From a virus, in IMG/VR virus record IMGVR_UViG_3300033153_007262, positions 5,407 to 69,406 of that record: a stretch of 64,000 nt of DNA; one strand, written 5' to 3'. Shown piece by piece: positions 29,822 through 40,817 of the stretch (position 1 is the first letter of the stretch; the number at the start of each line of letters is the position of its first letter). The notes under the pieces are model-generated. The model ran no database searches, was not told where the DNA came from, and was given only the letters and a program-made list of their open reading frames with translations. Both the position numbers and the translations under genes were made by a program.

Positions 29822-30223
29822 ATGACATCAAAAAAAGAGTTTCAAACAACATCTGTAGAAGAATATCGGAACAAGGTTGGCGAGCAGAGAGAAGTAACTT
29901 TGCCGTCCGGGGCTAAGTTTATTTTACGGCGGTTAACACCTCTTGATTATATCAAGGAAGGACTTGCGGATATCCCGAACGAGTTTGTCCAATTTATAGC
30001 AGAGGTTCAGGCCGGCGTTAAGTCAAAGCAATCTGCTACAGAGCAACGTGAAAACATTGAGTTGTTTGAAAACTTTTTGAGAGTGACGATTGAAAAGGGT
30101 GTCATCTCGCCCCCAATCCTTATGAAGTACGACAAGGAAAAGGTCGATACGCATTTAGTATTCGGCGAGTTAGAAGTTGCCGACCAATCAAAAATGATAA
30201 ATATTATTCTTGGGAAAGAATAA
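29822..30223 (+). CDS. tail assembly chaperone
   Basis: between tail tube and tape measure genes; VTLPSG motif. Confidence 0.65.
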   Translation: MTSKKEFQTTSVEEYRNKVGEQREVTLPSGAKFILRRLTPLDYIKEGLADIPNEFVQFIAEVQAGVKSKQSATEQRENIELFENFLRVTIEKGVISPPILMKYDKEKVDTHLVFGELEVADQSKMINIILGKE

Positions 30224-30501
30224 TGGAACCATTTTTTATTGACCGACAATTATTGGTTATCATAGACCAAGTTGCCCGGCGCTATAACAAGACGCCTTAT
30301 GAAATCGCTTCCGGGACGACGATTGAGGAATTTGATTTCAACGTCGCCGTGATGTTTATAGCGCAGATTGAAGCGAATAAAGAGGCGGAGAGGGTAAAAC
30401 AAGAAGCCGGGCAGAAACCCGACGGCAAATCATCCGGGCCAAAGGGCGGGTGGGGAGCGTTTGGTATCAATCGGAAAATTGTTATGAAAGGTAAAGAATA
30501 G
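30223..30501 (+). CDS. second tail assembly chaperone ORF
   Basis: TAATG coupling; position before tape measure gene. Confidence 0.55.
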   Translation: MEPFFIDRQLLVIIDQVARRYNKTPYEIASGTTIEEFDFNVAVMFIAQIEANKEAERVKQEAGQKPDGKSSGPKGGWGAFGINRKIVMKGKE

Positions 30502-33500
30502 TGGCTACCGATTTCGCATATTTGATGGTTAAGGTTGGGGCAAACATAGCCGGGCTACAGTCCGGCTTAAACAATGCCCGGGGAGCCGTCTCTCAATTCG
30601 GTCAATCGGGTAAGAAAACGATGGACGGGTGGGTTGCACAAAACGGCGCTATGGTAAAAGCGACCGGCAGAAATATGATGTTAATGGGGACGGCCATTAC
30701 AGCGTTCACCGGGTTAGCCATAAGAAGTTTTGCAGAGATGGAAGAAAGTATGGCGAGCATCAGCACGATGCTTGACGAACAGACTATGCATTTGCTCCCC
30801 GAGTACGAGGAGGGCATTCGTAATATGGCCGAGGAAAGCGGGGACAATTTGAAATCCCTGACAAAAGGTATGTACGATTTACTCTCGGCAATGATTGAAC
30901 CTACAGAAGCATTGGGCGTTTTGGAAATTGCTTCTAAGACAGCGACCGCCGGACTTTCTTCAACCGCCACCGCTGTTGATGGTATGACAACAATATTAAA
31001 TAGTTATGGATTAGAGGCGAGCCAAGCCGGTGATGTTGCCGACTGGTTTTTCACTATTATCAAAAGAGGTAAAACAACTTTTGATGAGTTGGCGCCGTCA
31101 ATTGGTAAGGTGGCTCCGATAGCCTCGTCAGCCGGCGTGTCCCTCGAGGAAATGGGCGCTATGATGGCCCTCTTAACTCGAAACGGTGTCAACACGGACA
31201 TCGCAATTACTTCTTTGAAAGCAGTCATCACTGCGTTCGGAAGCGCCGGGGGTGAGGCATCGGATGTAGCAAAAGAATTAGGATTTGAAATGTCTGCGTC
31301 TGCGTTAGCAGAAAATGGTTTGGCGTGGGCGATGGAGCAAGTTAACAAAGCAAGTTCCGACCAGATGGCTGTTCTTGTCGGGAACGTCCGGGCCAAGTTA
31401 GCGACGTCGGTTGTCACACAGAATATGACAGAGTTGGAAGAAGATTTGATGGCGATGACAAATCGTTCCGGCAATATGATGGTTGCTTATGGCAAGACAA
31501 GTGTCACGCTGAAAAAGGATATGGAAAGATTAGGGCAGACGTTTAAGAACGTAAAAGACGAAGCCATCGCACGAATCATTCCTGAGTTTCAAGAGTTAGT
31601 TGTCGGAACGAAAGAAGCCCTACAAAATTTCCGGGAATGGAGCCGTGAGAACGAAGAGTTGTCGACAACGATAATGAAAATCGTTACAGCCGGTGGCCCG
31701 ATGTTATTATTCTTCGGTATTTTCTTGACACAGTTACCGGCGCTTGTCTCGGGAGTTGCGCTTGCCGTTGGTGGGTTGTCATCGTTTGTCGCATTTATGA
31801 CAGGGCCGTGGGGCATCGTTATGGCGACGGCCGTTATAGCAATTCATAAAGTTACGAAGGCGTGGGTGGAGGCTTCCATCGCCGAGGCGAAGGCCTCGCA
31901 AGCCCGCCGGGATAATGCAAATCAATCAGAAGACGCTATGGATATAATGATAGCGTCCCTCGAGGAATTAAAAACAACGCATAGTGATTTGACGGACGAA
32001 GAAGTCAAAGCGATTTCCTCAAGGCAACGTTGGATTAAGGGCATTCAAGATACCATTGTTGTGCTGAAAGAGGACGGCGAGGTTACCGACGCAGACGCTA
32101 AAGCGATATTTGAATGGACGACGAAACAGAATTTAGCGTCGCAAGAATTAATAAAGTCTATCAATAATAGGAAGCATAAAACGAGCGTGGTAAAAGAGTC
32201 GACCAGTGCGGTGGACGATGAGACAAGCGCCCTTGCGGAAGCCATCGCAAAGATGTCAGAAGAGTCCGACAAGATTAAGGAATTAAAAGAGCAATACAAG
32301 GCGCTTAACACTCAACTTAAAGAGGGCAAGGTATCAAAAGAAGAATATTCTGAAAAGATGCGTGGGCTGATTGATGTGTTCAGCGGTATAGAAGGTGGGG
32401 CGCAAAAAGTCCTCGATATTATGGGCGAGATAGATGAGTCCGACCCGGAGATTGCTATTAAGTTTGAGATATTTGGGATGGAGCAGTACGAGAGTACGCA
32501 GTTGCGTATCAAAAAGATTAATCAGGAAATCGTTCTTGAGAAATTACAGGGCGACGAACGGCAGATACAGAGTGCGAAGTTTGAGTTAGAGAATTTCTTA
32601 TTCTTTATCGACACAAAAATCGAGGCTGAAAAAATAAAGAACGCCGAGATATTAAAAGACCTCGAGACAAATTTGAAGGCACAGACGGAGTTGCAGTTAA
32701 ACAGGCTTAAAATTTCAAAAGATATTACACAAGAGGAATACGATTTTGAAGTTAAAAGATTAAAAGATAAGTTTGAAATCGATACAAAGATTATCGATGA
32801 AACACAGAAGAAGAATTTTGACGCATATAATCAAGAGAAAGAAGCGTTCAGAGAAAAGACAGACGTCATCCTCAAAAAATTAGAAGAGAAGCAACGGAAG
32901 TCAAAAGAGGTCGGCGACGAAGCCGTCAGGAATATTGATAGAGAAGGGAAGGCTGTCGACGCCCTCGGGAATGAATATGGAGACTTAAACAAAGAGGCGT
33001 CCGTCAAGCGGGGCAGTCAATTAGGAACGGTCACAAAAGCAACGATGTCGAGTTGGGGAGACACACTAAACAGTTTAATTAAGCAAAGCCCGTTTGGTAG
33101 TTCTATTAGTTCATCGTCAAGCCGGACAGCGCCGGCTATGTATACCTCAACTCCAAGACCGACTTTGCGTTCATCGAATCAGCCATCCCAAATTTCTTCT
33201 GTTGCCGGCGCTGATTCATCGTCCGCTGTTGAGCAAATACAAACAAGACGCCCGACGTATTCAGTCAAGCCGACGCTAAGAAGCGCACAGGGAGGCACGT
33301 CGTTCGTTCCGTCGACGGGGGAATATGTTTTGCATAAAGGCGAAAAGGTCACTCCCTCGGGACAAAATATGCGGGACAAGGACACAAACTCCGGCGGGGT
33401 TACGATATTAAATATTTTCAAAGAAGAAATGATTCCAGAAATTATGGCTAAGTACCCCGGGGCGATTATCAATACAATAAGTTCTGATATCGCTAATCAC

Positions 33501-33545
33501 GGCGTGACGAAAAAGGTCATAATGGGGGTGATAAGAAATGCCTGA
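30501..33545 (+). CDS. tape measure protein (TP901-type core)
   Basis: Ala/Gly-rich helical protein; GKTTFDELA..IG.V.PIA...GVSLEE; C-terminal LHKGEKV.P. Confidence 0.9.
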   Translation: MATDFAYLMVKVGANIAGLQSGLNNARGAVSQFGQSGKKTMDGWVAQNGAMVKATGRNMMLMGTAITAFTGLAIRSFAEMEESMASISTMLDEQTMHLLPEYEEGIRNMAEESGDNLKSLTKGMYDLLSAMIEPTEALGVLEIASKTATAGLSSTATAVDGMTTILNSYGLEASQAGDVADWFFTIIKRGKTTFDELAPSIGKVAPIASSAGVSLEEMGAMMALLTRNGVNTDIAITSLKAVITAFGSAGGEASDVAKELGFEMSASALAENGLAWAMEQVNKASSDQMAVLVGNVRAKLATSVVTQNMTELEEDLMAMTNRSGNMMVAYGKTSVTLKKDMERLGQTFKNVKDEAIARIIPEFQELVVGTKEALQNFREWSRENEELSTTIMKIVTAGGPMLLFFGIFLTQLPALVSGVALAVGGLSSFVAFMTGPWGIVMATAVIAIHKVTKAWVEASIAEAKASQARRDNANQSEDAMDIMIASLEELKTTHSDLTDEEVKAISSRQRWIKGIQDTIVVLKEDGEVTDADAKAIFEWTTKQNLASQELIKSINNRKHKTSVVKESTSAVDDETSALAEAIAKMSEESDKIKELKEQYKALNTQLKEGKVSKEEYSEKMRGLIDVFSGIEGGAQKVLDIMGEIDESDPEIAIKFEIFGMEQYESTQLRIKKINQEIVLEKLQGDERQIQSAKFELENFLFFIDTKIEAEKIKNAEILKDLETNLKAQTELQLNRLKISKDITQEEYDFEVKRLKDKFEIDTKIIDETQKKNFDAYNQEKEAFREKTDVILKKLEEKQRKSKEVGDEAVRNIDREGKAVDALGNEYGDLNKEASVKRGSQLGTVTKATMSSWGDTLNSLIKQSPFGSSISSSSSRTAPAMYTSTPRPTLRSSNQPSQISSVAGADSSSAVEQIQTRRPTYSVKPTLRSAQGGTSFVPSTGEYVLHKGEKVTPSGQNMRDKDTNSGGVTILNIFKEEMIPEIMAKYPGAIINTISSDIANHGVTKKVIMGVIRNA

Positions 33546-33936
33546 TATTAATGTATATGAAGAATTAAATGCGTGGAGCCGGGTTACGATAGGAAAGATA
33601 GATGACTTTTCTGATTTCGTGCGGTCATATCCATTTGCGGAAATTACAAACGTCAGCGTTGAGGAGATAGAGTTTGAGGGCGGGGTAAAGCAATTTGACG
33701 ATAAATGGGGACGGACAAAAAAGATATTTGAGATTAACTTCCCGGTATCTCAAAAGGCAGAGGCATTGCCGATACAGGAGTTCTTTGAATCTCATTATCA
33801 TCAAAAGTTTTTATTTACGAGTCCAATTACCGGCGTGACGCATTGGGTGAAATTTGCGGACAATTCTTATACGTTAACCCGGAGCCATTATGAAACTTAC
33901 TTTGCTAACGTCGTGTTGGTGGAGGTTTTTGTATGA
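33538..33936 (+). CDS. distal tail protein (lambda gpM-like)
   Basis: follows tape measure gene; FFESH....FLFTSP; ends LVEVF. Confidence 0.6.
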   Translation: MPDINVYEELNAWSRVTIGKIDDFSDFVRSYPFAEITNVSVEEIEFEGGVKQFDDKWGRTKKIFEINFPVSQKAEALPIQEFFESHYHQKFLFTSPITGVTHWVKFADNSYTLTRSHYETYFANVVLVEVFV

Positions 33937-34538
33937 AAATTGTTTCTGATTCTTTTATTCAGCAGAAGAATAAGCAATTTACAAATTCGATAATGTTATA
34001 TGGGATTCGTTATAATGCGACGGCGAATGCGTGGCTGTATTATACAAATTATTCAGCAGAGGTCACCTTTGACGGTATCACTTATGTGCCGGCGGTTATC
34101 AGGCACGATGCCTTCAAAGAGAATTTAAGTGGTCGGCTGGAGAAAGTTAAACTTGAGATTGGGAACGTCGATAAAGTTATTCAATATTATGTCGATTCCT
34201 ACAGCGCATTGCGTAAGGCAAAGGTTTCAATCAAACAAGTTTTCAAAGATGAGTTGGACGACCCGACGTGTTACGACGAACAAGTCTTTTATATTGAAGG
34301 CTGTACCGTTAATTCTATTGTGGCTAAGTTTGTTTTGGGTTCTAGTTTCGATGTTATGAATGCGAAACTTCCGAAGAGAACTTTTAGCCGTGGGTACTGC
34401 CAATTTAGATTTAAGGGAACGGAATGCGCCTACGCCGGGGCCGAGGGCAGTTGTAATAAAACAATTCAGCGTTGCGTTGAATTGGACAACGTCGGCCACG
34501 TCGGTATGTTCCCGGCGATTCCTATGAAACGAGTTTGA
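33933..34538 (+). CDS. minor tail/hub protein (lambda gpL-like)
   Basis: LPKR....CQFRFKGTECAY...CNKT..RC four-Cys C-terminus. Confidence 0.75.
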   Translation: MKIVSDSFIQQKNKQFTNSIMLYGIRYNATANAWLYYTNYSAEVTFDGITYVPAVIRHDAFKENLSGRLEKVKLEIGNVDKVIQYYVDSYSALRKAKVSIKQVFKDELDDPTCYDEQVFYIEGCTVNSIVAKFVLGSSFDVMNAKLPKRTFSRGYCQFRFKGTECAYAGAEGSCNKTIQRCVELDNVGHVGMFPAIPMKRV

Positions 34539-34545
34539 GGTAATT

Positions 34546-36207
34546 ATGTACACAAGGTATCACGTATGGCAAGAGCCAGATATAGCGTCAGCAAGCGAAA
34601 CACTTTGGGAAAACGTTATCGTAACGAAATTCCCGGCGATAGATATCCGTCTGCTGTTAAAGGGCTATGGATGGAAGCCAAATCCCACCGACGAAAATCT
34701 CACAATATTATATGAGGGACGGTACGAAGTCTTTTACCGGGAGATATCAACCACGCCGTGGATTAAGTTTGCGACGGTGATATCAGAACGTGCCTCAACG
34801 AACGTCGGCTACGTTTACGAGGACGCTTCCGTGGCCCTCGGTCTATCCCCCGAAAAGATTTACGAATTAAAAATCGTCGCCGTTGACGGCGAGAAGTTTA
34901 CCAATTGGGGCGGGACGTTGGAGGGAATAACGTCCGGCGGTGTTTTTTATACGGATATGCGTATGCGGATGATACGCCCGATAGAAGTCGGGGCGTGGGA
35001 TGATATCGCCGTTCCAGACGTCGCTGTTCTCGGCAAAGAGTACATAGATTTATTTGCGTACGATTATCTTTTTTCTTTTTCTGCTGTCCCCGAAATGTTC
35101 GGCATAACATTTATGGAGATATTTGATTCGTTGTCTATCGAGGAGACCCCTCGTATGCAAGTTAACTTAGTCCTCGGTGACCACGGAAATGTTTATGAAG
35201 CGTTTAACGGCATTGTCGAAGTGATAATGACGACTTGGGAGGGGCCGAACAATTTATGGTCGCCGGTTGAGGATTTAACTGTCGAGGAAAATCTCGAAAT
35301 TTATGAATTCCCTTATGGCATCCCCGAATGGGATAATATTCTTGTTGATGAATGGTTTGATATCGCTATGTCCACGATGGAAATATATCCGGGAGAGGAT
35401 GTATCGATTACAGATTGGGCCGATATCATTGCCGGATTTTATAACACGCCGACTCTTTTTGAGAATTTGACGGCGCAAGACGAACTTGAATACATTACGT
35501 TAACCCCGCCACATCCGATAAGACTTGGGGAGTGGATTGATGTTATTGAAGATTATGGAATGTATAAATGGTTCGATTACATCGACGAGGACGGTTCGAG
35601 CATCGCCGGGTGGACGGATTTATCTACAGACAACGGCTCGTTCTCAACAAATGGAAGCGAGATTATTTTAGATAATGGTGTCAATCCGGCAAAATCAATG
35701 GCCGAATTTGTAACGGGGTTTGATTTTACAGACAACTATTATTTAGAATTTGAAATGAAATATATTTGGAAAGGCGCCCCGAGGTCAAGCGTTGGGGCGA
35801 GTGTTCTTATTAGAGGTGCGAATAAGGGCGGTGGATTTCCTGCATTTGTATTTCAAACGTCGATGTATGATTCTAATCCGGGAGGATTTCAGTCAGCAAA
35901 AAATAGATGGATGAAGGTTCAGATTGCCGTTGTAGAAAGCCGACCGACGTACGCATATACAATAAGATATACAGAGAACACATTCAGGGCGGACGCCTCC
36001 TTTTATAGAATATATGACCTTGCGTGGGGATTTGAATTATATATGCCGGCGTCAAATGGAAGTATCGTTCTCATTAATCAAGCCACAGAGATTGAGATGA
36101 GATTTAGAAACATCAAAGGTGGAGCAATCAACGACGGAACGTATAAGAACTTCTCAACGTTGTGGTATGTGCCACATACCGAGTGGGTTAATTTGGAGGT
36201 CGTATGA
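34546..36207 (+). CDS. tail-associated protein with central acidic repeats
   Basis: between gpL-like and gpJ-like genes; IFDSLSIEE, EDLTVEE, EDVSITD repeats. Confidence 0.6.
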   Translation: MYTRYHVWQEPDIASASETLWENVIVTKFPAIDIRLLLKGYGWKPNPTDENLTILYEGRYEVFYREISTTPWIKFATVISERASTNVGYVYEDASVALGLSPEKIYELKIVAVDGEKFTNWGGTLEGITSGGVFYTDMRMRMIRPIEVGAWDDIAVPDVAVLGKEYIDLFAYDYLFSFSAVPEMFGITFMEIFDSLSIEETPRMQVNLVLGDHGNVYEAFNGIVEVIMTTWEGPNNLWSPVEDLTVEENLEIYEFPYGIPEWDNILVDEWFDIAMSTMEIYPGEDVSITDWADIIAGFYNTPTLFENLTAQDELEYITLTPPHPIRLGEWIDVIEDYGMYKWFDYIDEDGSSIAGWTDLSTDNGSFSTNGSEIILDNGVNPAKSMAEFVTGFDFTDNYYLEFEMKYIWKGAPRSSVGASVLIRGANKGGGFPAFVFQTSMYDSNPGGFQSAKNRWMKVQIAVVESRPTYAYTIRYTENTFRADASFYRIYDLAWGFELYMPASNGSIVLINQATEIEMRFRNIKGGAINDGTYKNFSTLWYVPHTEWVNLEVV

Positions 36208-39200
36208 GTTTAGAAACTTTATTGGCCGAGTTGTCGACGGTACAATTAGACTATCTGCAAGACGCCTCGATGGAGCAAGGCGTCGATATGCCTGTCGGTG
36301 AAAGCCCCACATATAATTGGGACGGCGCTTCTATGTCGGCGTCTGTCGGCATCCCAATCCCAATCGTTTACGGACGGCATTTAGTCCCGCCGAATTTAGT
36401 AAATATTTATATCGAAGAGGGAGAACACGAAACGATTAATATGTTGCTCGGCGTGTGCGAGGGCGAAATTGAAGGTATCAGTAATATTAAACTTGACGAT
36501 ATTCCAATTGAGAATTTCTATGGCGAGACGGTCGGAGACCCGTATGGCGAGAACGCAGAGATAACAATTAAGCCCGGCACACTAACACAAGAGGCAGTCC
36601 AAAACTTCGATGATACTCATTTAATTACGCCGGTCGACCATACGTTGACAAAGGGCGTACCTTATGTTTTTACAATGACATCGAGCATCGCCGAGGCGTT
36701 TAGAATAGAGTTTAATATTCTGCGTTTATTCAGAAGAGACGACGGCGATAATCAATTGGCGTGGTATGTCGCCGTGCAAATTGAGTATAAACTTCATACA
36801 GATTCCGTTTGGCTTTCTGCCGGGATACATAATTTCAATAAAAACACGACGTCCTCTTTTAAGAGATATTTCAAATCCGAATATCTTGCCCCGGGGCAAT
36901 ACGATATCCGTGTCACACGGGTGTCCGATAATTCTGACGCAAACCACATCGGCGAAATTGTGTTTAACAGCGTCGCTGAAATCACAACGAATAAATTAGC
37001 GTACCCCGGCACGGCGATGTTAGGGTTGCGGGTTGTCGCCACAGACGAAATAAGCGAAACGGTGCCGAACGTGACGTGCATAGTTACCGGCAAGAAAGTC
37101 CGCACGCCCGATGTCCGAAACTCTATAAACGAGCCGGTCGGTTACGAAGACTATTATTGGGATGAAGCAAATCAAACTTTTAGACTGCTCGCAAATAACT
37201 CGGCGTGTACTTGGGATGGGACATATGTAACAGAGTGGAGCGCAAACCCGGTGTGGTGTTTGCGGGATTTATTAACGAATAATAGATATGGTCTCGGCGA
37301 TTTTATTGTTGAGTCTCAAATTGACGAGGCGAGTTTTTTAGCGTCTGCGAAATATTGTGACGAGGGCATTGCGGATATGGACGGGAATATCGAGAAGCGG
37401 TTGCGCTTAGATATCGTTCTCGACATATCGTCCGGCGCCCTCGACGTGTTGTACCGCCTGTGTAATGTTTTTAGAGGGCTGATACATATTTCGTCTAGTA
37501 CCGGCAAGGTCAGATTGGTAATCGAAAAGCCGGCTGACCCTGTTTATTTGTTTACGATGGGGAATATTATCCGCAATTCGTTAAGCATAATGTATATGTC
37601 CGACCAGAGCATACCGAATATCGTTAAAATAACTTATACGAACAAAGATAAAAATTACAAAATGGACACGGTTGAGGACGGAAGCGAACAGGATATCGCC
37701 GACGGGAATGAAATATTACCGCAAAGCGTCCAATTAATCGGTTGCACGAGGACGTCACAGGCGTTAAGAGAGGGCCGGACACGGCTAAATAAGAGCCGGC
37801 TCAACCGCACAAAGATTTCTTTTGCGAGCAGTCGAGAGGCGAGATTGCTACAAGTCAATGATATTATTGAATTTCAACACGATTTGCCGGCGTGGGGAGA
37901 GGGCGGACGTGTGCAGTCCGGCTCTACAACGACGATTATTAAATTGAATAAGACGATTGATTTGGACGTCGGCGAGACATATGAAATCGGAATTAAGAAT
38001 GGAATCAATGATGAGATAGAAGTCCGAACAGTTATTTCATCACCCGGGCAGACAGACGAGATAGAGGTCAGCGCCCCATTTACCTTTCAGCCGGCGGAGT
38101 TTGACATTTGGAATTGCGGGATTGAGGGGTACCGAAGCAAAAAATATCGAATCCTTTCCTTAGACAAGCAGAACGTCGTGTCGATACAGGCCGTTGAATA
38201 TCACGAGGAGGCGTATGATTACACAGGAATTCAAACGCCGGAAGATAATTTTACTTACCTGACTTTAGAAATCCCAAGCGTTACGGATTTAACCGCCGAG
38301 GAAAGGGTTGTGAGGCTAGGCTCGGGAGAGATTAGCGTTAGCATAAATACATCATTTACGAAACCGCCCACCGGGGCGAGGTGGGTTAAGAAAGTCAATC
38401 GATTCCAAATCTATCTGTCGGACAATAACGGTGCGTCGTGGGATTATATCGGAGACACGGACAAGGAATCGTACGTCATCACCCGCCCCTTTACCGTTGG
38501 CACGAGATATATTGTCGCCGTGGTTTCTGTAACGGACGTTGGGGAGGCAAAGGTTCCGGCAAACAGTCCGAAAATTGCTGTTGTAATTGAGGGGTGGAAA
38601 TCGTCGCCGGTAAATATTTCTGGATTGACTTACACATTTGAGGACGAGATTAAATTGACTTGGGACATCGCCGTTGATACAGATTTGGCGGGTTATGAAA
38701 TCAGAACAGAAGATGATAATTGGGGATTGGACACGCCGAGTTTAGTTTGGAGTGGCAAAGCGGAAACGTATACAATCGTCCGACCGACGGCACGAAGCGG
38801 GATTATTTATTTTGTCCGGGCAAAGAATAGCAGTGGCGTATATTCCGACGTGTCCGCACAAGTCACGCCGGTCAACGCTCCACCTACGGCGCTTGCCCTG
38901 ACATATTTGAACGTATTTCAAAAGGCATATTTGATGTGGCAAGACAGTACCGACGCCGACTTAGTTGAATATGAAGTTTGGATAAATAACACTTCGACTT
39001 TTGTCGGCATCGAAAGAGTAACAGAACGTATGGTCACGAAAGCGCAAGGAACGTCGGCGACGATTTTAGTTGAGTATGGCCCGTCGTTTTTTAGAATAAG
39101 AGGCGTGGATAAGTTTGGGCCGGGGGACTGGTCTAATGTTGTTGAGGTTGCAAAGGTACCAATCGTCACAGAAGATATCGGTGACGGGGCGGTAAACAGC

Positions 39201-40817
39201 CGGGCGCTTGGTGAAGACTCTGTCACGGCAAATAAGATTCAAGCCGGAAGCATTCAAGCCGGGCATATTTCTGCGCTGGCCGTCACAGCGGAGAAGATGA
39301 ACGTGGCGTGCCTCTCGGCTATAACGGCCAACCTCGGAACGGTTACCGCCGGGACTATGATTGGTACGACAATAAAAACTTCTGATGAGTTGCATAGACT
39401 TGAAATGACAAACGCCGGTCTCTTTGCTTATAACGAAGCCGGGGTTAACACCGTAAAATTAGAACAAGGGCAGATGTGTTTAATCAGCGCCGTGTGTAGC
39501 GACTTTTATTCTTACCTCGACCACGGCTCATTAAAATTTCGGCATCCATATGGGGAAGTGCCGTACCTCAAACGCCTGTGTTCCGGCGACGCCGTTACCG
39601 GCTCGACGGTAACTTTATGCCAATGGTATGAGCAACCGCAAGTCACGGTTAGCATAAAAAGATTAACGACATACGACGTAGCAAACTGCGTGGATTCACA
39701 GGAGGTTTGCGTTTACGCCGACAACACAAGATTTTATGACAACGGCGCCGGGGACTTTGGGTGGAGATTTGATATCCACGCTGAGTTAAAGTTATCCGGC
39801 GGTGTTCGGGACGAATGTTTTTATGATACGGCGTTTAATTTTGTCCAGACGACGCTAGGGGCGACGTGTTCGGTGCTTGTCAAAGAGCAGTTTCTCTTAT
39901 TTCGGCACGGCGCCTCGCCGGAGAATTATTGTTATGGGCATTCCTGTTTTGAAGTAAGGTACCGGGTGCAAGGTTGTGCGGTGTGGTGTTCGTGTGAATA
40001 CGAATATATTCAGCCGTTCACAACGCCGACAGAATTAGAAACGGTTGGCACGATATGTCAAACTGTCGGCTTTGGGTGTTCTGATACTTGGGAAATCACA
40101 ATGCACGAGAATAGTTTTACTTGGATTGACAGCGGGGTGGTCAGCGGAGAATATTGCTGTTGCCTCTGCCAGTGTTATTACCCGGTCGACTGTTCGTACG
40201 GGATGTCATTCTCGGACACCTACACAATCGGAATCGGCGACGGTGGTGGTGTCAGCACAAAGTACATAAATACTATTTGCCAATGTCTATTTGATTACAT
40301 TGTCGCATTAGGCTCTTGGAATGAAACTGAATATCCCGTTTATTGTTCGTGCGTAAATTATTCGTCAAATATGCATATAAGAGGAAACACCTGCTCGGGT
40401 TCGTTTTCTGTTTCAACAGTCGGACAGTATGGAGGAGCAAAGTCTATCTGCGCTCCGTGGGGAGGAGGCTATTGTTTTTACCAAATGACGCTATACGGAG
40501 GGAATTGGCAGAATTGTTTAATTCCTTCAGTGACGTTTTCTTCAAACAGTTGTTTGCACACCGGCCCCATCATCGGCATAAACGGAGACTCGGCGAGTGC
40601 GACTCATTGTTATGAAGGCACAACCGTCGACAGAACAATATGTTACAAACAATGTTGTGTTTGCTGTTGCCTCTGCGAGTTTTATTATTACACGTGGGTT
40701 GGGGCAAGTGCGTGCTGTAATTATAAAAAGTTTCATTCGATGCAAGAAATAAAAGGGACATCGTGTGTCGTCGACCCCAATGGGGTGCTGAATTATTTGG
40801 CGATGGCATATTCGTAA
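36204..40817 (+). CDS. tail tip / host specificity protein (lambda gpJ-like) with Cys-rich C-terminus
   Basis: IPIVYG, GVCEGEIEG, AYPGTA, NPVWCLRDLLTN.RYGLG, FN3-like segments, LSAITANLGTVTAG. Confidence 0.85.
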   Translation: MSLETLLAELSTVQLDYLQDASMEQGVDMPVGESPTYNWDGASMSASVGIPIPIVYGRHLVPPNLVNIYIEEGEHETINMLLGVCEGEIEGISNIKLDDIPIENFYGETVGDPYGENAEITIKPGTLTQEAVQNFDDTHLITPVDHTLTKGVPYVFTMTSSIAEAFRIEFNILRLFRRDDGDNQLAWYVAVQIEYKLHTDSVWLSAGIHNFNKNTTSSFKRYFKSEYLAPGQYDIRVTRVSDNSDANHIGEIVFNSVAEITTNKLAYPGTAMLGLRVVATDEISETVPNVTCIVTGKKVRTPDVRNSINEPVGYEDYYWDEANQTFRLLANNSACTWDGTYVTEWSANPVWCLRDLLTNNRYGLGDFIVESQIDEASFLASAKYCDEGIADMDGNIEKRLRLDIVLDISSGALDVLYRLCNVFRGLIHISSSTGKVRLVIEKPADPVYLFTMGNIIRNSLSIMYMSDQSIPNIVKITYTNKDKNYKMDTVEDGSEQDIADGNEILPQSVQLIGCTRTSQALREGRTRLNKSRLNRTKISFASSREARLLQVNDIIEFQHDLPAWGEGGRVQSGSTTTIIKLNKTIDLDVGETYEIGIKNGINDEIEVRTVISSPGQTDEIEVSAPFTFQPAEFDIWNCGIEGYRSKKYRILSLDKQNVVSIQAVEYHEEAYDYTGIQTPEDNFTYLTLEIPSVTDLTAEERVVRLGSGEISVSINTSFTKPPTGARWVKKVNRFQIYLSDNNGASWDYIGDTDKESYVITRPFTVGTRYIVAVVSVTDVGEAKVPANSPKIAVVIEGWKSSPVNISGLTYTFEDEIKLTWDIAVDTDLAGYEIRTEDDNWGLDTPSLVWSGKAETYTIVRPTARSGIIYFVRAKNSSGVYSDVSAQVTPVNAPPTALALTYLNVFQKAYLMWQDSTDADLVEYEVWINNTSTFVGIERVTERMVTKAQGTSATILVEYGPSFFRIRGVDKFGPGDWSNVVEVAKVPIVTEDIGDGAVNSRALGEDSVTANKIQAGSIQAGHISALAVTAEKMNVACLSAITANLGTVTAGTMIGTTIKTSDELHRLEMTNAGLFAYNEAGVNTVKLEQGQMCLISAVCSDFYSYLDHGSLKFRHPYGEVPYLKRLCSGDAVTGSTVTLCQWYEQPQVTVSIKRLTTYDVANCVDSQEVCVYADNTRFYDNGAGDFGWRFDIHAELKLSGGVRDECFYDTAFNFVQTTLGATCSVLVKEQFLLFRHGASPENYCYGHSCFEVRYRVQGCAVWCSCEYEYIQPFTTPTELETVGTICQTVGFGCSDTWEITMHENSFTWIDSGVVSGEYCCCLCQCYYPVDCSYGMSFSDTYTIGIGDGGGVSTKYINTICQCLFDYIVALGSWNETEYPVYCSCVNYSSNMHIRGNTCSGSFSVSTVGQYGGAKSICAPWGGGYCFYQMTLYGGNWQNCLIPSVTFSSNSCLHTGPIIGINGDSASATHCYEGTTVDRTICYKQCCVCCCLCEFYYYTWVGASACCNYKKFHSMQEIKGTSCVVDPNGVLNYLAMAYS

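Noticed and set aside
30212-30218. GGGAAAG at the end of the tail chaperone gene as a lambda G/GT-type -1 frameshift site
   Set aside because: It is read GGG-AAA-G in frame, not G-GGA-AAG, so the phase is wrong for canonical slippage. The TAATG overlap already explains the second ORF. A non-canonical shift is not excluded.
36204-40817. Diversity-generating retroelement targeting the tail tip
   Set aside because: No reverse transcriptase and no template/variable repeat pair were seen in this window.
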